From Escherichia coli (lineage in GTDB: Bacteria > Pseudomonadota > Gammaproteobacteria > Enterobacterales > Enterobacteriaceae), in the NCBI RefSeq assembly GCF_048403405.1, contig NZ_CP183129.1: a stretch of DNA of 64,000 bases, one strand, 5' to 3'. Below are positions 35,724 to 46,829 of the stretch, one piece after another; position 1 is the stretch's first letter; each line of letters begins with the position of its first letter. The notes under the pieces were generated by a model, which searched no databases, had not been told where the DNA came from, and was given only the letters and a program-made list of their open reading frames with translations. A program made the translations under genes and the position numbers.

Positions 35724-36944
35724 GTGGTTGCTGAAAATCAGCCTGGGCACATTGATCAAATAAAGCAGACCAACGCGGGCGCGGTTTATCGCCTGATTGA
35801 TCAGCTTGGTCCAGTCTCGCGTATCGATCTTTCCCGTCTGGCGCAGCTGGCTCCTGCCAGTATCACTAAAATTGTCCGTGAGATGCTCGAAGCACACCTG
35901 GTGCAAGAGCTGGAAATCAAAGAAGCGGGGAACCGTGGCCGTCCGGCAGTGGGGCTGGTGGTTGAAACTGAAGCCTGGCACTATCTTTCTCTGCGCATTA
36001 GTCGCGGGGAGATTTTCCTTGCTTTGCGCGATCTGAGCAGCAAACTGGTAGTGGAGGAGTCGCAGGAACTGGCGTTAAAAGATGATTCGCCATTGCTGGA
36101 TCGTATCATTTCCCATATCGATCAGTTTTTTATCCGCCACCAGAAAAAACTTGAGCGTCTGACTTCGATTGCCATTACCTTGCCGGGAATTATTGATACG
36201 GAAAATGGTATTGTACATCGCATGCCGTTCTACGAGGATGTAAAAGAGATGCCGCTCGGCGAGGCGCTGGAGCAGCATACCGGCGTACCGGTTTATATTC
36301 AGCATGATATCAGCGCATGGACGATGGCTGAGGCCTTGTTTGGTGCCTCACGCGGGGCGCGCGATGTGATTCAGGTAGTTATCGATCACAACGTGGGGGC
36401 GGGCGTCATTACCGATGGTCATCTGCTACACGCAGGCAGCAGTAGCCTCGTGGAAATAGGTCACACGCAGGTCGACCCGTATGGGAAACGCTGTTATTGC
36501 GGGAATCACGGCTGCCTCGAAACCATCGCCAGTGTGGACAGTATTCTTGAGCTGGCACAGCTGCGTCTTAATCAATCCATGAGCTCGATGTTACATGGAC
36601 AGCCGTTAACCGTGGACTCATTGTGTCAGGCGGCATTGCGCGGCGATCTACTGGCAAAAGACATCATTACCGGGGTGGGCGCGCATGTCGGGCGCATTCT
36701 TGCCATCATGGTGAATTTATTTAACCCACAAAAAATACTGATTGGCTCACCGTTAAGTAAAGCGGCAGATATCCTCTTCCCGGTCATCTCGGACAGCATC
36801 CGTCAGCAGGCCCTTCCTGCGTATAGTCAGCACATTAGCGTTGAGAGTACTCAGTTTTCTAACCAGGGCACGATGGCAGGCGCTGCGCTGGTAAAAGACG
36901 CGATGTATAACGGTTCTTTGTTGATTCGTCTGTTGCAGGGTTAA
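35724..36944 (+). CDS. mlc: ROK-family global repressor Mlc (DgsA)
   Basis: 406-aa ROK protein with C-terminal zinc motif (CYCGNHGCLE); GTG start read at 35724. Confidence 0.95.
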   Translation: MVAENQPGHIDQIKQTNAGAVYRLIDQLGPVSRIDLSRLAQLAPASITKIVREMLEAHLVQELEIKEAGNRGRPAVGLVVETEAWHYLSLRISRGEIFLALRDLSSKLVVEESQELALKDDSPLLDRIISHIDQFFIRHQKKLERLTSIAITLPGIIDTENGIVHRMPFYEDVKEMPLGEALEQHTGVPVYIQHDISAWTMAEALFGASRGARDVIQVVIDHNVGAGVITDGHLLHAGSSSLVEIGHTQVDPYGKRCYCGNHGCLETIASVDSILELAQLRLNQSMSSMLHGQPLTVDSLCQAALRGDLLAKDIITGVGAHVGRILAIMVNLFNPQKILIGSPLSKAADILFPVISDSIRQQALPAYSQHISVESTQFSNQGTMAGAALVKDAMYNGSLLIRLLQG

Positions 36945-37068
36945 CATTTTTTAACTGTTCTACCAAAATTTGCGCTATCTCAATTTGGGCCAGGAAAGCA
37001 TAACTTAGACTTTCAAGGTTAATTATTTTCCTGGTTTATATTTGTGAAGCATAACGGTGGAGTTAGTG

Positions 37069-37764
37069 ATGCTGAAGCGTTTCTTTATTACCGGTACAGA
37101 CACTTCTGTAGGGAAAACGGTGGTTTCCCGCGCATTGCTACAAGCGTTAGCCTCCCAGGGAAAAACGGTTGCGGGATATAAACCCGTAGCGAAGGGGAGC
37201 AAAGAGACACCCGAAGGGCTGCGTAATAAAGATGCCCTGGTGTTGCAGAGTGTTTCAACCATCGAACTGCCTTATGAAGCAGTGAATCCTATCGCGTTAA
37301 GCGAAGAAGAAAGTAGCGTGGCGCACAGTTGCCCAATCAATTACACCCTCATTTCAAACGGCCTGGCAAACCTGACCGATAAAGTCGATCATGTGGTGGT
37401 AGAAGGGACTGGCGGCTGGCGCAGTCTGATGAATGATTTGCGTCCGCTCTCTGAATGGGTGGTGCAGGAACAACTGCCGGTGTTGATGGTTGTCGGTATT
37501 CAGGAAGGTTGCATTAACCATGCACTGCTAACAGCTCAGGCGATCGCCAACGACGGGCTACCGCTCATTGGCTGGGTGGCTAACCGAATCAACCCAGGAC
37601 TTGCGCATTATGCGGAAATCATTGATGTGCTCGGTAAAAAACTTCCGGCACCGCTCATTGGTGAACTGCCTTATCTGCCGCGCGCCGAACAGCGTGAACT
37701 GGGGCAATACATCCGCTTAGCTATGCTTCGCAGTGTGCTGGCGGTAGATAGAGTCACGGTGTAA
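37069..37764 (+). CDS. ynfK: dethiobiotin synthetase paralogue
   Basis: Recalled 231-aa protein from the internal ATG at 37069 ([21 protein letters not shown]-loop); 3' end overlaps the convergent clcB 3' end by about 48 nt. Confidence 0.9.
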   Translation: MLKRFFITGTDTSVGKTVVSRALLQALASQGKTVAGYKPVAKGSKETPEGLRNKDALVLQSVSTIELPYEAVNPIALSEEESSVAHSCPINYTLISNGLANLTDKVDHVVVEGTGGWRSLMNDLRPLSEWVVQEQLPVLMVVGIQEGCINHALLTAQAIANDGLPLIGWVANRINPGLAHYAEIIDVLGKKLPAPLIGELPYLPRAEQRELGQYIRLAMLRSVLAVDRVTV

Positions 37765-38973
37765 CGTCCGCGAAATTACCGACGCAATTACGCAGGCAAT
37801 CAATAAACCGGGGAGTAGCTGATACTCCCCGGTCATTTCACATATCATCAACGTCGACATAATCGGCGCGTGCGTGGTTGCCGCCAACAGTGTCGCCATC
37901 CCGGTCAATCCGAGTAAAAGCGTAATTTCTTCGCCATCAGGGAACCATAATCCCAGGCTACGACCATACAACATGCCAATGGCAAGACCGATAAATAGCG
38001 TCGGTGTAAAGACACCACCGGGCGCGCCAGAACCACTACTCGCCAGCACGGCAAACAGTTTACAGAGGAAGATCCCGGCAATGATCATTAACAGTGGCGG
38101 AGCGGTTAAAAAGGATTGTACGGTGCTATAGCCGTTGCCCCACACTGCAGGTGTGAACAGGGAAAGCAGACCCACGATCAACCCGCCCAGTGCCAGTTGC
38201 CAGGGCGGCGCAAGCTTGAGACTTACAAATTCACGATGACAGGCGTTCATCAACGTTAACAACAGTGGTCCGCACAGACCTGCCAGCACACCTGTACTGA
38301 TAATCAGCGCATAGTCACGAGCCTGAACCGTCACTGAGAGTTGTACACTGTAGAGTAACGCGTCGCTATGATTAATCAGATTGCTAACCAGCAATGCCAC
38401 GACGGCGGAAATAATCACCGGGCCGAGAGAGGCCAACATCATAGTGCCAAACAGCACTTCGGCTATAAATAAACTGCCAGCAAGCGGGGCGCGATAGGCC
38501 GCAGCCATTCCCGCCGCAGCTCCACAGGCGATCCATAATTTCCACTCCTGGCGTGGCGTAAAACGTTGGGCAAAACAGGAGGCGGCAAGGGCAGCTAAAA
38601 GAATCATCGCACCTTCGCGACCAATTGCACTGCCGCTGGTTACTACCAGCAGAGAGGCAAGGGATTTAACCAGGCTTGCTGCGTAATCAAACTGCCCATC
38701 GGTTTGCAACGCTTCCATGTAATCGGTCGGCGCATGAGGGCGTTGCTGGGTAAATTTCTGCCAGCCCATCAGCAACAAACCCGCCGCCAGTCCGCCGAGC
38801 GCCGGAGTTAGCAGCCGTCGCCAGGGGGAAAGATTTGTCGCTGCATTGACCAGACTGCCCGAGTCATTATTGAGGAACAACCACTCCAGTAGCAGCATTG
38901 CATGACGAAACCCGGCAACGGCAAAGGCCGCAAGAATACCGACGACTGTTGCGATAAGCAGACGGCGGAACAT
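37717..38973 (-). CDS. clcB: ClC-family voltage-gated chloride channel
   Basis: Supplied ORF has a 12-codon extension; recalled 418-aa ClcB begins [12 protein letters not shown] (cat at 38971..38973); ClC selectivity motifs GSGAPGG and GREG present. Confidence 0.9.
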   Translation of the reverse strand: MFRRLLIATVVGILAAFAVAGFRHAMLLLEWLFLNNDSGSLVNAATNLSPWRRLLTPALGGLAAGLLLMGWQKFTQQRPHAPTDYMEALQTDGQFDYAASLVKSLASLLVVTSGSAIGREGAMILLAALAASCFAQRFTPRQEWKLWIACGAAAGMAAAYRAPLAGSLFIAEVLFGTMMLASLGPVIISAVVALLVSNLINHSDALLYSVQLSVTVQARDYALIISTGVLAGLCGPLLLTLMNACHREFVSLKLAPPWQLALGGLIVGLLSLFTPAVWGNGYSTVQSFLTAPPLLMIIAGIFLCKLFAVLASSGSGAPGGVFTPTLFIGLAIGMLYGRSLGLWFPDGEEITLLLGLTGMATLLAATTHAPIMSTLMICEMTGEYQLLPGLLIACVIASVISRTLHRDSIYRQHTAKHS

Positions 38974-39166
38974 AGTGCGCAGATCCGGATAGATGTGTAG
39001 ATGATGCATGAGCAGAAATGGGCAATGAAATACGGGCGACTATTTTGCGGCAAAAGAAGCCAGACGCAAAAGCAGTGCGTGCTTTAAGAGATAAAAAACG
39101 TGACACTGTAACCTATTATTGCCGAATTGCGCCTAATCGACACCATCCGGCAATATTACGGTGATC

Positions 39167-39781
39167 CTATCGAAAGAGTGGTTTAACCGCGACAGGAATT
39201 AACAGTTGTGATTGCCATTGCGCCAGCGTTAAGCGAGCCAGTTCACCCAGTGCACGGTAGAAAGGGTGTTCTGCTTTTTCGATAAAAACGTCAAGAAAAC
39301 GTGTTGACCACGGAAAAAGGTGCCATGCCAGCAATTCTTCGCATTCTGTCTGGCGACCATTCTCCGCCAACCACGCAGCCATCAACAGCAGTGAACCAAA
39401 ATGATCTTCCGGTTCGTTTTGCTTCATTTCAAACTGAATGCCTTTCTCGCGCATCCACTGACGAAGTGCCAATGTTGAATCGCCAAACAGCACAGATTCG
39501 CGATCCAGCCAGACCGACCCCCACGGCGGTGATGGCAGAGCCCACGGACCGACAAACAAACGCTGCCAGGCCTGGGCGCGAGTCTCTTCACTCTGTGCCT
39601 GAAAAGCCGTCACCAGCGGCGCTAATGACGCTTCTGGTAGAGGCCACTGAGTTTCCCAGCCGTCACGGGTGAGTACCGCAACCAGAGGTGCGGCTTCCGC
39701 ACTCTCTGGAGCGTAATAAAACAGCGCGCCCAACACGCGCGCCGCGACAGAAAAATTATCTTGCTGTGAAAAATGGGTCAT
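39167..39781 (-). CDS. dmsD: Tat proofreading chaperone for DMSO-reductase-type enzymes
   Basis: Recalled 204-aa DmsD from internal start MTHFSQQDNFSVAARV (cat at 39779..39781); last gene of the ynfEFGH-dmsD operon. Confidence 0.9.
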   Translation of the reverse strand: MTHFSQQDNFSVAARVLGALFYYAPESAEAAPLVAVLTRDGWETQWPLPEASLAPLVTAFQAQSEETRAQAWQRLFVGPWALPSPPWGSVWLDRESVLFGDSTLALRQWMREKGIQFEMKQNEPEDHFGSLLLMAAWLAENGRQTECEELLAWHLFPWSTRFLDVFIEKAEHPFYRALGELARLTLAQWQSQLLIPVAVKPLFR

Positions 39782-39823
39782 TCCTAACATCCTGAAATGT
39801 GCGGGTTGCCCCGCACCAATTTG

Positions 39824-40678
39824 TTAACCTGCAATAGCCATTCCTACCGTCATGTGCAGGCCATAAAAGAGCACACGCCCGATCATCTCACCGCCAAGTA
39901 TGAGGATTAGCCCCAGAACAAGTCCGGCAACGTGAGGTTCACGGCGACGAATGAGCGGACAAAGCCAGCATCCTAGACCTGCGCATAACAATACCACACG
40001 CCAGACCTGTAAGGAGGCGTAATCTGGTACCAGTGCGCTGGCTTGTTGTACGGATGAGTGAATAGACGCCAGAGACAAACCTTGCAGCACAATCACCCCG
40101 GCACAAGCGATCAGCGCCAGAACGCTAATGATGGCAAAGGGTGTGGTATTAAATGTAATGCGGGCTGCCCGCAGAATTGCGGCAGCAAGTATTGGACCGC
40201 TCAACAATACTGTCAGGAAGAAAGCCAGCGTAGTGTAACCGTTATGCCAGGTTGGCACTGTGTCGATTTGATACACGCAGGTCATCATCCAGACGAAAAT
40301 GACGCCGAGCGCCATGCTGACAAGTAACCAGAGTTTCCCCAACGCTTGCGGCATTTTACCGATGACTGCCACCAGCCACCATAATCCGCCAACGGCAAAA
40401 AATATTGAACCGGCAGCAATTTCGTTACTCAGACCAGAAGCACCGATTCGATTCAGCGAGTTAAACGCTCGCAGTGGCGATCCCAGGTGCATGACAGAGG
40501 CAATAAACCCGATGCCCATCAACAGCCAGAGGAAAAACATGCCACGGACAATACGCTGACGGTCTGCGTCATTATTGGCGGCGAACCAGCCAATTCCGCT
40601 AACAATCAGCGCGCCTACTACGCATTGACCCAATACGGTAAAGATAACCAGTGGCCATTCATGCCATCCATTTCCCAT
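39824..40678 (-). CDS. ynfH: DmsC-type membrane anchor subunit
   Basis: Supplied ORF has a long extension; recalled 284-aa YnfH starts MGNGWHEWPLVIFTVLGQ (cat at 40676..40678), one nt after the ynfG stop. Confidence 0.9.
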   Translation of the reverse strand: MGNGWHEWPLVIFTVLGQCVVGALIVSGIGWFAANNDADRQRIVRGMFFLWLLMGIGFIASVMHLGSPLRAFNSLNRIGASGLSNEIAAGSIFFAVGGLWWLVAVIGKMPQALGKLWLLVSMALGVIFVWMMTCVYQIDTVPTWHNGYTTLAFFLTVLLSGPILAAAILRAARITFNTTPFAIISVLALIACAGVIVLQGLSLASIHSSVQQASALVPDYASLQVWRVVLLCAGLGCWLCPLIRRREPHVAGLVLGLILILGGEMIGRVLFYGLHMTVGMAIAG

Positions 40679-40679
40679 T

Positions 40680-41297
40680 TTACACTTCCTCCGGATTAGC
40701 CAGATAACCAGTGGTATCGCCGGTCGGGCGGCTATTGGCGTTAGGTTTGATAACGATATTGGGTTTTGTGAAATGCGCGCGCGGCAGTGGCGCGACGGCA
40801 GCCAGAGTGCCGTGCTTCTGGCGCAGCTCTTCAATTGGACCGAACTCAAGTGCACGCAGCGGGCAGGATTCGACACATATGGGTTGTTTCCCCTCGGCGA
40901 CGCGCGAATAACAACCATCGCACTTCGTCATGTGCCCTTTTTCAGCATTGTACTGTGGCGCGCCGTACGGACAAGCCATGTGGCAGTAGCGGCAGCCGAT
41001 ACAAACATCTTCATCAACCACCACAAAGCCATCTTCACGCTTATGCATTGCGCCGCTGGGGCAGACTTTTGTACATGCGGGGTCATCGCAATGGTTACAG
41101 GAGATGGAGAGATAATAAGCGAACACGTTCTGGTGCCAGACGCCATTATCTTCCTGCCAGTCGCCGCCAGCATATTCATAAATACGGCGGAAACTGACTT
41201 CCGGGCCAAGATCTTTAAAATCTTTGCACGCCAGTTCGCAGGTTTTACAGCCAGTACAGCGGCTGGAATCGATAAAAAATCCATATTGTGTGGTCAT
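40680..41297 (-). CDS. ynfG: DmsB-type 4Fe-4S ferredoxin subunit
   Basis: 205-aa protein with four Cys clusters (CxxCxxCxxxC-type). Confidence 0.95.
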   Translation of the reverse strand: MTTQYGFFIDSSRCTGCKTCELACKDFKDLGPEVSFRRIYEYAGGDWQEDNGVWHQNVFAYYLSISCNHCDDPACTKVCPSGAMHKREDGFVVVDEDVCIGCRYCHMACPYGAPQYNAEKGHMTKCDGCYSRVAEGKQPICVESCPLRALEFGPIEELRQKHGTLAAVAPLPRAHFTKPNIVIKPNANSRPTGDTTGYLANPEEV

Positions 41298-41307
41298 GGG
41301 CTACTCC

Positions 41308-43731
41308 TTAAACCTTTTCGATCTGGACAAGATTGCTGTGCGACGGGTTTCCCTTTGCCAGCGGTGAAGGGCGGTGAGAGGTCAGAATATTGATACTGCC
41401 GCCGTGATCGACCCGGTCACCAAACATATCCGCTTTAAGCCACGCACCTTGCCCGATGGCGGTAACGCCAGGCAGAATACGCGGAGTCACTTTTGCGGCA
41501 ATCAGCATTTCTCCATTATTGTTAAATACCCGCACGGTATCGCCATGACGGATACCGCGTGCCTGAGCATCAATAGGGTTGATCCACACCTCTTGTGGGC
41601 AGGCCTGCTGTAACACATCAATATTGCCGTAGCTGGAGTGGGTACGCGCTTTGTAGTGGAAGCCCGTTAGCTGCAGTGGATAGGTTTTCCGCAGGGGATC
41701 GTCCCAGCCATCAAAACCTGGGGTATACGCAGGAAGGGGATGAATAATTTCATCTTTTTTCAATTCCCAGGTATCCGCAATCGTCGCCAGTCGTTCAGAA
41801 TAAATTTCGATTTTCCCCGAAGGTGTTTTCAACGGGTTTGCCTGTGGATCTTCACGGAATGCGCGGAAAGCGACGTAGTGTTCTTCCGGGCATTTTTTCT
41901 TAAAGATCCCGGTCGTTTTCATCTCCTCGTAGTCGGGCATCTCAGGGTTACGTTCCTTCGTTTTCGCATGGAGATATTTGATCCATTCATGCTGACTGCG
42001 ACCTTCAGTAAAGGTTTGATAAACGTCTGGTCCTAAGCGTTTGGCGACTTCGCTCAGCATCCAGTAGATGGGTTTGCGTTCAAATTTTGCTGAGGTTGCG
42101 GGTTGGGCGAGGATCACATAGCCCATATTCCCGGCAGATTCGTGAGAGATAAGGTCTTCTTGCTCTGTTGGCATCAGGTCGGGCAACAGGATATCGCAAT
42201 ACTTAGCCGAGGCCGTCATGAAGTGGTCAATGCCAACAATCATCTCGCACTTGCTGTCATCCTGAAGCACCTCATGGGTGTGATTGATGTCGCCATGTTG
42301 ATTGATCAATGTGTTACTGGCGTAGCACCATAAAAACTTGATGGGGACATCCAGTTTTTCTTTTCCACGAACACCATCACGGGTCGCGGTCATTTCCGTA
42401 CCATGGTCGATGGCATCTGTCCATGTAAAGACGGAAATCTGCGTTTTAACAGGATTCTCAAGCATCGGGAACCATTCTACCCCCAGATCCCAGCTACCTT
42501 CGCGTACACCTGAGTTGCCGCCGTTTATGCCGACGTTACCGGTGAGAACGGAAAGCATGGCAATAGCGCGGGACGTTTGCTCGCCGTTGGAGTGTCGTTG
42601 TGGCCCCCAACCCTGACAAATATAAGCAGGTTTTGCTGAACCGATCTCTCGTGCCAACTGGATAATTTTTTCTGCCGGGATGCTGGTGATTTTTGCTGCC
42701 CATTCCGGCGTTTTAGCTATGCCGTCAGGCCCTTCGCCCAGAATATAGGCTTTATAATGCGCGTTACGTGGTGCGTTGGCGGGCAGCGTTTTTTCATCGT
42801 AACCAACACAATATTTGTCGAGAAATGGCTGATCGACCATGTTTTCAGTAATCAGTACCCAGGCAATCGCACAGGCCAGTGCGCCATCGGTGCCTGGGCG
42901 AATGGGCAGCCATTCATCTTCACGCCCGGCAGCAGTGTCGTTATAACGTGGATCGATGACGATCATGCGTGCGTTTGAACGTTCTCGGGCTTGCTCGACG
43001 TAGTAAGTGACACCACCGCCGCTCATCCGGGTTTCTGCCGGGTTATTTCCGAACATAACGACCAGTTTCGTATTGGCTATATCATCCGGGCTGTTGCCAT
43101 CATTGGCACCGAACATATAACTCATTGCGGCACTGATTTGAGCGGTACTGTAGCTGCCATAGCGACTGAGAAAACCACCGCAAGAGTTCATCAGACGGTA
43201 CGGGACGTTCGAGTTGGTGATGTTTCCGCCATCTACGCCTGTTCCGTACAGGACATGTACAGCCTCATTGCCGTATTCTTTCAGGATCCGCCGAAGATTA
43301 TCACTGATGGTATCCAGGGCTTCATCCCAACTTATCCGTTCAAATTTACCTTCACCGCGCTTGCCGACGCGCTTCATGGGATATTTCAACCTGTCAGGAT
43401 GATTCATCCGTCGGCGGATAGAGCGCCCGCGTAAACACGCCCGAACCTGATGATTACCGTAGACGTCGTCACCTGTCGTATCAGACTCCACCCAGTACAC
43501 GGTGTCATCTTTCACATGCAAACGTAACAGACAGCGGCTCCCGCAGTTAACGGTGCAGGAACTCCAGACCGCTTTCTCTTCTACCGGTGCCTCTGCCGCT
43601 CGGACCATTTGGGAAAATGGCAGAGTGAAAGCACTGCTTGCCAGCGCAAGACTGCCAAGTGCGGAGGTTTTCATCAGACTTCTACGGCTGATTTCAGCCT
43701 TCATGAGCGCCTCTGTGATATGGATTTTCAT
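41308..43731 (-). CDS. ynfF: molybdopterin oxidoreductase catalytic subunit (DmsA paralogue) with Tat signal
   Basis: About 807-aa protein with twin-arginine signal (SRRSLMKTSALGSLALA) and N-terminal Cys cluster; start taken at the second Met of the supplied ORF (MMKIH...), so it is uncertain by one codon. Confidence 0.9.
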   Translation of the reverse strand: MKIHITEALMKAEISRRSLMKTSALGSLALASSAFTLPFSQMVRAAEAPVEEKAVWSSCTVNCGSRCLLRLHVKDDTVYWVESDTTGDDVYGNHQVRACLRGRSIRRRMNHPDRLKYPMKRVGKRGEGKFERISWDEALDTISDNLRRILKEYGNEAVHVLYGTGVDGGNITNSNVPYRLMNSCGGFLSRYGSYSTAQISAAMSYMFGANDGNSPDDIANTKLVVMFGNNPAETRMSGGGVTYYVEQARERSNARMIVIDPRYNDTAAGREDEWLPIRPGTDGALACAIAWVLITENMVDQPFLDKYCVGYDEKTLPANAPRNAHYKAYILGEGPDGIAKTPEWAAKITSIPAEKIIQLAREIGSAKPAYICQGWGPQRHSNGEQTSRAIAMLSVLTGNVGINGGNSGVREGSWDLGVEWFPMLENPVKTQISVFTWTDAIDHGTEMTATRDGVRGKEKLDVPIKFLWCYASNTLINQHGDINHTHEVLQDDSKCEMIVGIDHFMTASAKYCDILLPDLMPTEQEDLISHESAGNMGYVILAQPATSAKFERKPIYWMLSEVAKRLGPDVYQTFTEGRSQHEWIKYLHAKTKERNPEMPDYEEMKTTGIFKKKCPEEHYVAFRAFREDPQANPLKTPSGKIEIYSERLATIADTWELKKDEIIHPLPAYTPGFDGWDDPLRKTYPLQLTGFHYKARTHSSYGNIDVLQQACPQEVWINPIDAQARGIRHGDTVRVFNNNGEMLIAAKVTPRILPGVTAIGQGAWLKADMFGDRVDHGGSINILTSHRPSPLAKGNPSHSNLVQIEKV

Positions 43732-43791
43732 CATTACTCACTTATTGCTTTTCAAACAAAATGTCATGTCAGAATTTATGGTTGTAGTGGG

Positions 43792-46218
43792 TTATATTTT
43801 TTCGATCTCGACCAGATTAGTGTGCTGCGGGTTTCCCTTCGCCAGTGGTGAAGGGCGCAGAGTGGTTAGCGTATTCACACAGCCGCCGTGGTCGATTTTA
43901 TCGCCAGACATATTGGCCTCGTGCCAGGCTCCCTGGCCCATAGCGCTAACCCCAGGGAGAATGCGTGGTGTTACTTTGGCTGGTAGCCGAACTTCGCCAC
44001 GATGGTTAAACACCCGCACCATATCGCCGTTGGCAATCCCACGTTTCTGTGCATCTATAGGGTTGATCCACACCTCCTGACGGCAGGCTGCCTTCAGGAC
44101 ATCAATATTGCCGTAGGTCGAGTGGGTACGGGATTTGTAATGGAAACCAAACAGTTGCAGTGGGAAGGTTCTACGTTCAGGGGAGTCCCAGCCTTCAAAG
44201 GTTGAGGCATAAACTGGCAGTGGGCTTATCACTTCATCTTTTTCCAGTTCCCAGGTACGGGCAATTTCCGCCAGCTTGCTGGAATAAATTTCAATCTTAC
44301 CGGAAGGCGTTTTAAGTGGATTTTCCTCGGGGTCGTCACGAAATGCTTTGTAGGCGACAAAATGACCATTGGGATCTTTACGCTTATAGATACCCATTTT
44401 TTTCAGTTCGTCGTAAGACGGTAACGCCGGATCTTTGGCAAGCATTTTGGCGTACAGATGTTGTAACCATTGTTCCTGCGTGCGACCTTCTGTGAACTTT
44501 TGATAGACGTCAGGTCCAAGACGTTTCGCGACCTCACTCAGGATCCAGTAAATCGGTTTGCGTTCGAATTTTTCGCTGGTGACTGGCTGGAGGAAAATGA
44601 GATATCCCATGTTACCGGCGTAGTCGTTAGGAATTATATCTTCCTGCTCAACGGTCATCAGGTCTGGCAGCAGAATGTCGGCATATTTTGCCGATGAGGT
44701 CATAAAGTTTTCGATGACCACAATCATTTCGCATTTCGATTCGTCCTGCAGAATTTCATGCGTTTTGTTGATGTCAGAATGCTGATTAACCAGGGTATTT
44801 CCCGCGTAGTTCCAGATGAACTTAATGGGCACATCCAGTTTATCTTTGCCCCGGACGCCGTCGCGGATTGCCGTCATTTGCGGGCCATGATCGATAGCAT
44901 CTGTCCAGCTGAAGCAGGAGATTGACGTTTTGACCGGATTATCCAGCACCGGTAGGCGTTCTATGGTAATGGTATAGGTCGATTCACGCGCGCCACTATT
45001 CCCGCCGCTGATGCCGACATTGCCCGTCAAAATAGGCAACATAGCAATAGCGCGTGCGGTCAGCTCACCGTTTGCCTGGCGTTGCGGCCCCCAACCCTGG
45101 CAGATATAAGCGGGTTTTGCTGTGCCAATTTCACGCGCCAGTTTGATGATACGGTCCACCGGGATACCGGTAATTTGCGAAGCCCACTGCGGCGTTTTCG
45201 CTGTTTTATCGTCACCTTCACCAAGAATATAGGCTTTATAGTGACCATTTTTTGGTGCATCTGCGGGTAAGGTTTTTTCGTCATAGCCGACGCAGTATTT
45301 ATCGAGAAAAGGTTGATCAACGAGATTTTCGTTAATCAATACCCAGGCAATACCCGCAACCAGCGCGGCATCGGTGCCCGGGCGAATAGGTAGCCATTCG
45401 TCTTCACGACCAGCAGCTGTATCGGTATATCGCGGATCGATAACAATCATTTTTGCGTTCGATTTCTCGCGCGCTTTTTCAAGAAGATAAGTGATGCCAC
45501 CGCCGCTCATGCGGGTTTCTGCCGGGTTGTTACCAAACATCACGACCAGCTTGCTGTTTTCAATATCCGTGGTGCTGTTGCCATCATTACTGCCGTAGGT
45601 GTAGGGCATGGCACAGGAAATTTGCGCGGTGCTGTAGGAGCCATACTGGTTGAGTGAACCGCCGTAGCAGTTCATCAGGCGTTTGACCGCCGAGGCGGAT
45701 GGCGAAGAGCGGGTCATATTGCCGCCAACGATCCCTGAAGAGTACTGAATATATACAGCCTCATTGCCATATTGTTCGACGGTTTTTTTCAGGCTACTGG
45801 CGATAGTATCCAGGGCTTCATCCCAGCTAATCCGTTCGAATTTGCCTTCGCCGCGTTTGCCCACGCGTTTCATTGGGTAATTCAAGCGATCGGGATGATT
45901 AATACGCCGACGGATGGAGCGACCGCGCAAACAGGCACGTACTTGATGATTGCCATACTCGTCGTTGCCGGTGTTGTCAGTTTCCACCCAGGTCACTTCA
46001 TTATCTTTAACATGCAGACGAAGTGCACAGCGGCTACCACAGTTGACGGAACAGGCACCCCAGACCACTTTCTCGCTGGCCTGCTGTACCGCTGCCGCTG
46101 CACTGCGCAGGGTGAACGGTAAAGAAAAACCGCCTGCAGCCAGCGCCAGAGAACCTATCGCGGTAGATTTAACGAGTGTTCTGCGGCTGATGCCCACCAT
46201 TTGTTCATTTTTGGACAT
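43792..46218 (-). CDS. ynfE: molybdopterin oxidoreductase catalytic subunit (DmsA paralogue) with Tat signal
   Basis: 808-aa protein with twin-arginine signal (SRRTLVKSTAIGSLALAAG); tandem paralogue of ynfF. Confidence 0.9.
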   Translation of the reverse strand: MSKNEQMVGISRRTLVKSTAIGSLALAAGGFSLPFTLRSAAAAVQQASEKVVWGACSVNCGSRCALRLHVKDNEVTWVETDNTGNDEYGNHQVRACLRGRSIRRRINHPDRLNYPMKRVGKRGEGKFERISWDEALDTIASSLKKTVEQYGNEAVYIQYSSGIVGGNMTRSSPSASAVKRLMNCYGGSLNQYGSYSTAQISCAMPYTYGSNDGNSTTDIENSKLVVMFGNNPAETRMSGGGITYLLEKAREKSNAKMIVIDPRYTDTAAGREDEWLPIRPGTDAALVAGIAWVLINENLVDQPFLDKYCVGYDEKTLPADAPKNGHYKAYILGEGDDKTAKTPQWASQITGIPVDRIIKLAREIGTAKPAYICQGWGPQRQANGELTARAIAMLPILTGNVGISGGNSGARESTYTITIERLPVLDNPVKTSISCFSWTDAIDHGPQMTAIRDGVRGKDKLDVPIKFIWNYAGNTLVNQHSDINKTHEILQDESKCEMIVVIENFMTSSAKYADILLPDLMTVEQEDIIPNDYAGNMGYLIFLQPVTSEKFERKPIYWILSEVAKRLGPDVYQKFTEGRTQEQWLQHLYAKMLAKDPALPSYDELKKMGIYKRKDPNGHFVAYKAFRDDPEENPLKTPSGKIEIYSSKLAEIARTWELEKDEVISPLPVYASTFEGWDSPERRTFPLQLFGFHYKSRTHSTYGNIDVLKAACRQEVWINPIDAQKRGIANGDMVRVFNHRGEVRLPAKVTPRILPGVSAMGQGAWHEANMSGDKIDHGGCVNTLTTLRPSPLAKGNPQHTNLVEIEKI

Positions 46219-46416
46219 AACTCACTCCCTGTTCTTTATCGTTATATAAAAGTTTATATATTGAATATTTAGCGCGCTAACAATAGAGGGAGTCTACCTA
46301 TTTTGGGTTAAGAATTATTAATCCATATCAATAGAAGGGTATGAGTAATAAGGTGGGATTATGTTGTATGTTCAAATCGCCGGATGTGTCGTATCCGGCG
46401 TGCAGTCGATAATGTA

Positions 46417-46722
46417 TTACTGCGGTTCGGCAGGCGCGCCATCCTGGGTAGACTGCGCGGGAGCAGAGACGTTACCGCTGGTGGTGCGGGTGTAGAGAAT
46501 TTTATGCGTATCATTAGCGCAATGCCCGACGACCTGGGAATCAGGCTGATCAACCTGGTCATTGGGTACAATACTTAACGTGAAGCTGCTTTCGGGAACG
46601 CCATTATTGATAATGCGCTGTGATATATCGCTCTGTATGCGCTCACAGGATCCCGGCGCGGCGAGTACCGCGGGTGAGGCGAGGGCGAGCAGAAGCGCGG
46701 CACAGCAGGTTGAGAGTTTCAT
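46417..46722 (-). CDS. ynfD: small secreted DUF1161 protein
   Basis: Recalled 101-aa YnfD from internal start MKLSTCCAALLLALASPAVLA (cat at 46720..46722). Confidence 0.85.
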   Translation of the reverse strand: MKLSTCCAALLLALASPAVLAAPGSCERIQSDISQRIINNGVPESSFTLSIVPNDQVDQPDSQVVGHCANDTHKILYTRTTSGNVSAPAQSTQDGAPAEPQ

Positions 46723-46829
46723 CATAAGCTCCTTACGCGAAGATAACTTCTTTAAGCATAGCATTTAACGTGTAAAGTACTGTATTTGCTACTATGATTG
46801 AGAATCATCTCTACTCTCTGGTGACTGTT

